A stretch of DNA of 63,664 bases, counting the filler, from Reticulomyxa filosa (lineage: Eukaryota > Protista > Foraminifera): the NCBI GenBank assembly GCA_000512085.1. It is 23 parts of 23 records of this genome, joined end to end, with 100 filler letters (N's around TTAATTAATTAA, not from the genome) between each part and the next. Parts side by side here need not be neighbours in the genome. Positions count along the whole stretch, not along the records: positions 61,666 to 63,664 come from ASPP01003571.1; 22 more parts are not named here. The stretch is one strand, 5' to 3'. Below are positions 63,573-63,664 of the stretch, piece by piece. Position 1 is the first letter of the stretch; each line of letters opens with the position of its first letter. Under the pieces are notes generated by a model, which searched no databases, had not been told where the DNA came from, and saw only the letters and a program-made list of their open reading frames with translations. A program made the position numbers and the translations under genes.

Positions 63573-63664
63573 CTATATATAAATCCCACACCGGGGGAAA
63601 AAAAAAACAACAATAACACATTTTACGTATACAATCTTTTTTTTTTTTTTTTTTTTTTTTTTTT

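Overview
AT-rich eukaryotic genomic DNA, not prokaryotic. Genes are split by short GT-AG introns full of poly-A/poly-T and microsatellites. The window is about 23 contigs joined by 22 identical artificial 100-nt spacers (N44-TTAATTAATTAA-N44), so adjacency across spacers is unreliable. The expanded WD40, Kelch, NACHT and caspase-like families resemble the foraminiferan Reticulomyxa filosa; this is recognition from memory, not a database result. Recognisable genes include ALG13, an O-fucosyltransferase, an arylsulfatase, a vWA protein, an ankyrin protein, a probable ATG1/ULK C-terminus, a probable gamma-SNAP and a kinase C-terminus. There are two non-LTR retrotransposon relics. The most striking content is an apparent NLR-type immune or cell-death toolkit: (i) a ~1,760-aa STAND protein (37090-42407) with a UBA/CUE-like segment, a Cys4 module, a RelA/SpoT-like nucleotidyltransferase, NACHT, pentapeptide repeats and ~14 internally conserved WD40 repeats, flanked on the same contig by two WD40 genes sharing a helical motif; (ii) a paralogous NLR C-terminus lying tail-to-tail with a caspase-like protease (1-4798). 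A second unusual gene fuses an R-SNARE motif to a polytopic membrane domain through three in-frame introns (26612-29293).
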